From Octopus vulgaris (taxonomy: Eukaryota): a stretch of 64,000 nt of DNA. The stretch is taken from assembly GCA_951406725.2 (NCBI GenBank), contig OX597816.1, forward strand, positions 80,352,001 through 80,416,000. Reading direction: 5' to 3'. Numbering within the stretch: the first letter of the stretch is position 1; every line of letters begins with the position of its first letter. Shown here one piece after another: positions 56,237 to 64,000 of this stretch. The notes beneath the pieces were generated by a model that worked only from the letters and a program-made list of their open reading frames with translations, was not told where the DNA came from and ran no database searches. A program made the translations under genes and the position numbers.

Positions 56237-57936
56237 TGTTCTATCTCTCTTCCTATGTGTGTGTATATGTATGTATTTGAACGTTTAGTCTTTAACATCG
56301 CGTATATCAAATGAAATACTAAGAAGATGCGGGTCGCCAGTAAAAGTTAATGAATCAAGCTTTGTCTCTTTCTAACTCTATATATCTCAATATTTCACCA
56401 TATCTCTCTATGCCTCTCTTTGTTGCGCTTTTTTTTCTTTTACTCTTTCCTTATCTATACTTTCTATATCTGCATTACTCAGTGTAATTACAATAAAGCA
56501 AACAGACAAAGCGAGCTGAGTGACACATTCCAAATTTAGAAGTGGTGGGGAGAAAGACAATTACTACAGCAATATAATTTTCCGCTATTGTAACGGTGAT
56601 ATATTATCTTCAATCTCAGTTTCGTCATGTTTGTATGTATGCTTGAATATGAATATAAACATATATATACATATATGCGTATGTACGTATCTATGTATTA
56701 TATACTTGAATGTATATATCGAGAAAGAGAGAGGGGGTAGAGAGAGAAAGAAAAATGAGGGAAAGAGAGAAATAGTAAGGGGAAGTAAAAAAGAAAAGTA
56801 ATTAGAAATGATGCTGAAATTCTTCGTTGATGCTACTCCGAATTATGCGAGTATTTCCGCTAATCACACAAAGATATGCTTAAAACTTTGATGGAACTAA
56901 TACAGTAAACTCAACTGAATACACACATACACACACAAACGCACACAAATATTCGTCCATGTATAAATGAATATATACATGAATACATACAATTATGTGT
57001 TTGTATGCAAACACACACATACATATATATTCATGGTCATAAGTAAATATGGCCTATGTACACTCGTGATAATGTGTGTGTATGTATGTATGTGTGTGTA
57101 TGCGTGTGTGTGTGTGTATGTGTTTCTGTGTAAGCCTATGTGAGAGAGAAGAAAATACAAAAAATTGAAAATAAGCTTGAAGTCCTTAAGATATTTTATT
57201 TATATTTACATTACCGGTTTGACAATTTCATATCTTTTCAGGCGTTGTGAATCAAATACTTTTGATAATAATCTTCTTCATAGTTATTCTTTGTCTCTCT
57301 GTGTGTGTGTGTGTATGTGTGTGTGTGTGTGTGTGTACACGTGTTATCCTGACTAAACAACCCATCTACTCATTCACGCTGCCAAACACTCACATGCATT
57401 GGCTGAATCAAGATGTCGAACAGAACTTCTTTGCGTTGTATGTTCAAAGTCGTCTGACACCATCTTTTCTTATTATCTTTACGAAATCCTTAAATGAAGA
57501 ACTAGTCAAGTGCTGAGGTCAATATAATCTAGTAAATAAGTCCCCACATATCTCTGACCTTGTGCCTATACCAAAATTTATTAGGAATTGAAGATTCTTC
57601 AAACTAATTATAAACAAACATATGCGCGCACATATCTATATATGCTTCTCACAGAATTTATATGTTTTCATCTGTACTCAAATATGTGAGTTGCTTTGTC
57701 CTTAGCCTAAGACATATAAAATAGTTGATATAACTGAACATTCCACAGTAAATATTGCATAAATACATACATGTGAGTATTTAGGCTGGCTACAGGAACC
57801 GTTACAAGTTTCTATAACGTGCCCTTAAAACTCAAAGTCGCATAGGGCCAAATCAAACCGTTTTAAATAATAATATAACTCCTACTAAATGTGTTGAGTT
57901 CCTCTTTCTTTAGTTTGTGCACTCACTTGTATAAAT

Positions 57937-58118
57937 ATTTCTTTACTGCCCACAAGGGGCTAAACATAGAGGGGACAAACAAGGACAGACAAAGGGATTA
58001 AGTCGATTACATCGACCCCAGTGCGAAACTGGTACTTTATTTATCGACCCCGAAAGGATAAAAGGCACAGTCGACCTCGGCGGAATTTGAACTTAGAACG
58101 TAACGACAGACGAAATAC
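57937..58118 (-). mobile_element. Nin-like SINE, 5'-truncated, same tail as 20024
   Basis: Closely matches 20024-20205. Confidence 0.85.
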
Positions 58119-58124
58119 CCACTC

Positions 58125-58174
<50 letters not shown>

Positions 58175-61100
58175 ATGTGTGTGTGCGCGCGCGTGTGCAT
58201 GAGTTTTGTGTATGCATGTGCTTGTGTACGTATGTGCGTGTGTTTTTTTGTGTTTGTGTGTTATAAAGCAGATCTTCATGTTCATGCCATTATCATCATC
58301 GTCATCATCATCATCATCATCATCACTATCATCCGAAGCAGCAGCAATAACACAAAGGCGTTCGATAAGCAGAGTTAGTGAACTGCCAATATTAACTTCA
58401 TTGTTCATCCCTATCAGTTGGATAATTAGATTTTAACGATCACATACTAGGAAAAATCAACTTAACAATCTTCCCTATTCCCGAATTTTCGTTCTTTTAA
58501 CATTACTACCACTACTGCTGTGGTTACCATCGTAGTGTATGTGTTTGTTCTCGGTAATTCATAACCGAGTCTCGCTTTCAATGCTCAGCTGAAGCGACAA
58601 TTATTTTACTTGATGACAGTGAGAAACCATATATGAAATATAACGTCTTTGAGACTATTCAAATATATTGTAACATGTTTCTACAGTCATTGTCCTCATA
58701 ACACAAACATAGTGTTGTGTTTTTGTGATTGGCATTTTGAAGGAAAAGTTATCAGAGAATTAGTTATGTAGCGTTTTAGGACATTTCGAATATGATTGCT
58801 ATCCAGAAATTTGAGACACTATGTTTTCGGTGAAACGGATATTTAATCTGGCTTCAATTCTAATTTGTTACATTTTTCTCTTTCGGTGCTCATAAAATCC
58901 GAATTCCATTGTTTTACGAATCTGAGACACAATGGTAATATAAGAAATAAAATCGTTTTATTCTATTTCCTTGAGATTTAAACTAAAGTAATATTCGGTA
59001 CAAGAGATAAAGCTGGTCGAGATGAAATTGCATTATGCGTGCGGATCAAAATGTCATCTCCTAACAATACTTAACTTTTAATCACACATTCCAGCTATCT
59101 ATTTAATACATATAATACAGGACTATAGTTATATCCTATAACCTGTACGACACTATAAATATATAGACGACTGAATGGACTAAATATATTATTAGTAGTT
59201 ATCTCACTGGTATGTTGCTGATAATTTTGCAATTCTGACGGGAAAGAAATGATTTGAAGTTTTAATCCAAAAAATAAAGAAATCACTTAATTCAATAAGC
59301 AAAGTATTATGTTTCAGTAAAACATAAAAAATTGGTTGATGTTGTCAGCTCGAATGTTTGCAGAGTTATGGCTCTAGAATATGTATATCAGGAAGTGGGA
59401 TCCAGAAGATCTTGGTTCAGGGATGGAAGGAGTGAATTTTAGTGTGAATTCTAGGTGTAAATGATAGCAAGGACGACACTAGTAAGCAAATAAAGTATAC
59501 CTAATAAACTCAAGCAAGAGTGGTACACATTTTGCGCTTTCACCTTACAATGCCTCCATAAAATCTTGAAAAGCTCAGAATATCATTAACTTAAAGGGAG
59601 TCCTAGAGTGGATTAAATGTATTATCAGCGACTTTGTGTAAGTGGAACCCATGACCTAGACTTCGTTATCACAGAACAGTTAGAATTATTTGTTTTTATT
59701 TTACTGTTTGCTTAAATAGGCTTAAAGCTACAAAATTAATCAGTGGCTGGATAAGAGATCGTTTAACTGTCACACTTGTTTTAATTGATATATATTTTAG
59801 TTAGAAACAGTGGCCTTATGTCCTTTCATGAAAAAGGCAACGTCTTACTCTGTAGCGAACAATATTCAGTTGGAAACGTAATACTTTTCCAGTAGAAAAT
59901 GACGATGAATTTAAGTGGGTCGTCAAATATTATGTAGACAAAAAAAATAACTCTCATGAAATCCGCTACCTTAAGCATTTTACTCCGAAGTTGTGAATGA
60001 GTTACTGCATCATCATTGAAGACTTAGTGTACCTTATCTAAAGCAAATTAGGTATTATCTTGTAAAGGAATTCATTTCGCAATTACGCTGCTGTATGATC
60101 GTCATCACTATGTAAAGCTTTAGGAAAACGCTTCCTAACAAAACCTCGAGTCACCAAACCCTTGTGAATATTTGGTAGACAGAAACTGTATGGAATGGAG
60201 TGCGCCAATTTTGGGGAAGCAGATTTAATCAAACACTATTTAATACCACCATCTGAATCTTATGTTTCGTTACACCTACTCTTGCAAGCACTTAAACCAA
60301 GCAGGTCGCCGATTTGGGGATAATTTCCTTCCTTCTCAACTTCCTCACACCAGAAGCGGTGGTTCCGATAAAACTTATTTCATAAAATACTTCGTGGAAA
60401 AACTTCTTTCAGGAAATCCTTTTTAAAAAATCAGTCTTGCAAAATCCCTTCTTTTACAGCCCTAAATATAATAAGATGTGCTAAGTCCTATAAGCCAATG
60501 AAACATTAGATAGATCCTCTGTACAACTATGTACAATTACTGCAGTTCACTGGCAATCAAACACACAACCGGCCAACTCTCACTTTTTCTTTTGGCATAT
60601 TATCAATTTAGTCGTCGAAGTATTTTGGGGAGTGGTGCTTCAGTGGCTAAAGCATTTAATATAGATTAATGTAGTTTATGTTGCTATCAATAATTCCCAA
60701 CAGATATGTAGATTTCGTGATTAAACTAAATGTCACAGTGGAATCGACAACCCTGAAAACAAAATCTATATCCTTTGTTAAGTTAACATTAACGCTTGCT
60801 TGATTGTGATTATCAATGATGCATCTAAAATCGATTAGAATTTTGTCAGAGAACGCCTAAACTCTGAATAGATTTCGGAAGTTTCTGAGTTGATGTTGCA
60901 CGTGTCACATGCTTCTGTAGTCCCATAATAACTCCACCATAAGACGAACCTGCGACTTCTAACTTGTAGTTAGTTGCTTTTTTCACTTCGAGTGAATATG
61001 AAGGTCGATATAGAAAAAAAGTACATCGTTACAATTTCTTTCATTTCAATCATATTGAAACATTTCCATGAGCCATAGCAAATGCGTAAATGAAAAGGTG

Positions 61101-62681
61101 TTTAGGGGAAATTATTCTAGATTATTATGATGGTTTTGTTTTAATCTTAGGTTGTCATCTATGACACAAGATCATACCATCTCTCATTGACTAATTGTCT
61201 TGATTTAGATAAGCAATATTTTTTTTAATACAATTACAGCTCAATCCTCCAATAATGTTCAGTAACAATATATTGTTATAGTGATATATTACCTTGCAGT
61301 TCGAAATCTCATGGGCGTTTAAAGTGGAGTGAAAACAGGCATGTTGTGCTGCAATTATTCCGTTCAATAAAACGACTTACCTCCTGGTCAACCAGCAGCA
61401 ATCAATTATGGAATCCTCATCATTTACACATGCCACTAATGCAATTAGCCGTCTTCTCTCTTTGCATTTTCGACCACTACTATAGTTATTTCTGTTCTTT
61501 AACTGGATATCATAGCAGCACATTTGCTGAGGCATTCAAAATTCATACGTCTTTTATGCTCTCTTCGCCCATACCATACTATATCTATCACAATCCCAAA
61601 TTCCATAGTAACTATTATGCACTAACACCATCCTCCCCATTATGTCAATCCTTCGGAATCGTTCATCCAAATAAATATTTGTAAATATTCAGGACGAAGT
61701 GTAATAAGTTCGATCTCACCGTTCCATGAGCACCCCCCAGCTTTGCGACCAACTAATATAAAAGTGAGTGAATGCAAAACCTTCCCCTCTCCCTATTTTC
61801 TCTCAACTATAATTTTCTTAGACTTAAAATATTCGTAAACAATGGCTTCTTAAAACAACTTAAGGACTTATATCCCACCTTTTAAAAGATAAGGAATACA
61901 GGTAAGCATGCCCTAAATTAACGATAAGTTGATATGTCAATATGAAGAAAGTGTGATGTAAGTGTTACTTTCTGTTTGTACCTAAGATCTGACATTTATA
62001 CTTTTCACTGTTTATGTAATTCATTTATTCAATTATTTGTTCAGTTATTTGCTGATTTCTTACCTTCTGAATTATTTTTCGTCCTTGATGCCATATATGT
62101 CGTTATCAGGGGGCCTTCGAACCCCCCGTCGGCCCCCGAGTTCTCGTGAAGGTGTATCCCAGCCAGAGTAGCGAACTGCAAGAAGGGAAGTAAGCCACTG
62201 GTTACTGGGTGGGGTTGAATCGGTGGCAGCCCGACGAGGCAAACATCTTCTGCTTGCAGACGTCAGACACTCATGTTCAATTCATACAGTGCCGACTACA
62301 TGTTGAAATTGCATATATATATTCTACTAAGCGTATGTGCACACCGAAGAACGTTAGAGATTGTTAAGTGACACACACATACACAGCTATAAACATGCAT
62401 ATAGCATTTTTTATTATGATTTTTTGTTAAGCTTTCTATTTACGATTCATGCTTGTAAACGTTTAAAGCAGAATTAGTATGATTAATAAAAGCATTAGCT
62501 AATACGATTGACATATTGAAGACGCCATAAAGACACAATAAACAGAAGCAACTAATATCAGTGATATTTTCAGTAACATGGGCGTACGAAGAGCGTACAA
62601 GACAATACAGCATATATTAAATCTTTAGTGTGAAAACTTCTATAGTTATATATTTTCTCTGCTATTGTTGTCATCTATTTA

Positions 62682-62720
<39 letters not shown>

Positions 62721-63501
62721 ACACACAAGACTTACCATATATATATATTATTTATGTATTTCATAAATACTTGAAAGCCACAATATATAATGAGTAGACA
62801 ACAAACTATCAAGAAGGTAAGCCAAAGCATATTTGTTTTATATCTACCACATTTATGTGCTAATACATAGACAAAACACAAAGGTAAGAGAAATATAAAA
62901 TCCATTGACTCAACTTCGATATATTACTGTTACTTATTTTGTCAAAAATAGTAGGGTGAAAGGCAAAATGAATCGGGTTAGTAGATGAAAGGAGAGTCAC
63001 AATACTCCGCTGGTAATTGGCTTTTTTTTTGTTCTTGTGGGACGAAAGGCAATGGAAAATGCGCTGGTGTAAAAAATAATAGATATCGGAAAGTTCAATC
63101 GATAGAAATCTGGACAAAATGCCTTACACAATTTTAGCTACTTTCCCTTTACTATCTGAGTTCAATTCCCCGCGGGAGGAAATTTAGCTTTCGTATTCTA
63201 GGATCTATACACTATAATGTTCGGGATCAATTTAATTGATCGTTCACACTGCTAGAAGTTGAGTAAGTAATAGTCGGGGCAGTATAATCGATTGAACTGA
63301 CTATAATAAATGGATGATACTTATGCTATTTTTTGATTGGTTATTGATTGCAGAATCATTTGAACGCAGAACAGTTCTTTGTGTAACTAAACACATAACA
63401 ACATTTAGATTGGATGCTTATTGTTAATGCTACTTAAGTGCCTTAATAACGATTAATGAAAAATTATCATCATCATCATCATTATTATTATCATTATTAT
63501 T

Positions 63502-63537
<36 letters not shown>

Positions 63538-63759
63538 CATATACCTATTTAGGGAAAGGTGTTTAGATAATTCTTCGACAGCTAATTTGATAACTGAAGT
63601 GGGCTAACCAGGGATGATACACAATTCAGTACGTGATGTAAATCCAGCCTACACTAGATTTGTGATGATGATGATGATGATCATCATCGTCATCGTCATC
63701 ATCATCTTAATAACAAGAAGAAGAAGAAGAAGAAAGTATAAGCAGCAACTAGGAAATGA

Positions 63760-63930
63760 GAGTGAAAATAGTGCATTAACTATAATAAAAAACGTAAACA
63801 GAAATATATTTAAAAAAAACATACCAGGACTTAAAATATCGTTTTATACAGTCCAATATATACCCATATTTGACATAATCCACATTCTACGCAAGAATAT
63901 CGATCCGCAGACCCAGCTCAAACACAGATT
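63760..63930 (+). mobile_element. R4/Dong-like LINE extreme 3' remnant
   Basis: SALTIIKNVNRNIFKKNIPGL...VQ....IIHILRK resembles GALG..IPG..IQK..HILRK; follows trinucleotide repeats. Confidence 0.4.
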
Positions 63931-64000
63931 TTCAACATAAACTGTTAACTAATAAAATAGCACAACTGATAGAGCGCATGTGTTCACACAACAAACAAAC

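Overview
AT-rich eukaryotic (metazoan) DNA dominated by microsatellites and transposable elements; the SINE architecture and extreme (TA)n/(TATG)n density suggest a cephalopod such as Octopus (inference). Almost all ORFs in the supplied track are stop-free (TA)n/(CA)n artefacts. Supported content: a nearly complete CR1-group LINE ORF2 (APE endonuclease + RT, 1488-4421) within TA/TATG microsatellite, plus two related LINE 3' ends; R4/Dong-like RLE LINE fragments, often next to (TAA)/(TAG) repeats; a Penelope RT fragment and a well-formed minimal hammerhead ribozyme (933-970); tRNA-derived SINEs (two with target-site duplications); decayed mariner, DD37D-like and hAT-like transposases; two long fold-back palindromes. 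One candidate host gene lies on the minus strand (about 43.0-37.3 kb) and may encode a small secreted precursor with a signal peptide and four dibasic sites; its frame needs a 1-nt correction or an extra micro-exon. No prokaryotic, CRISPR, rRNA or bona fide tRNA genes are supported.
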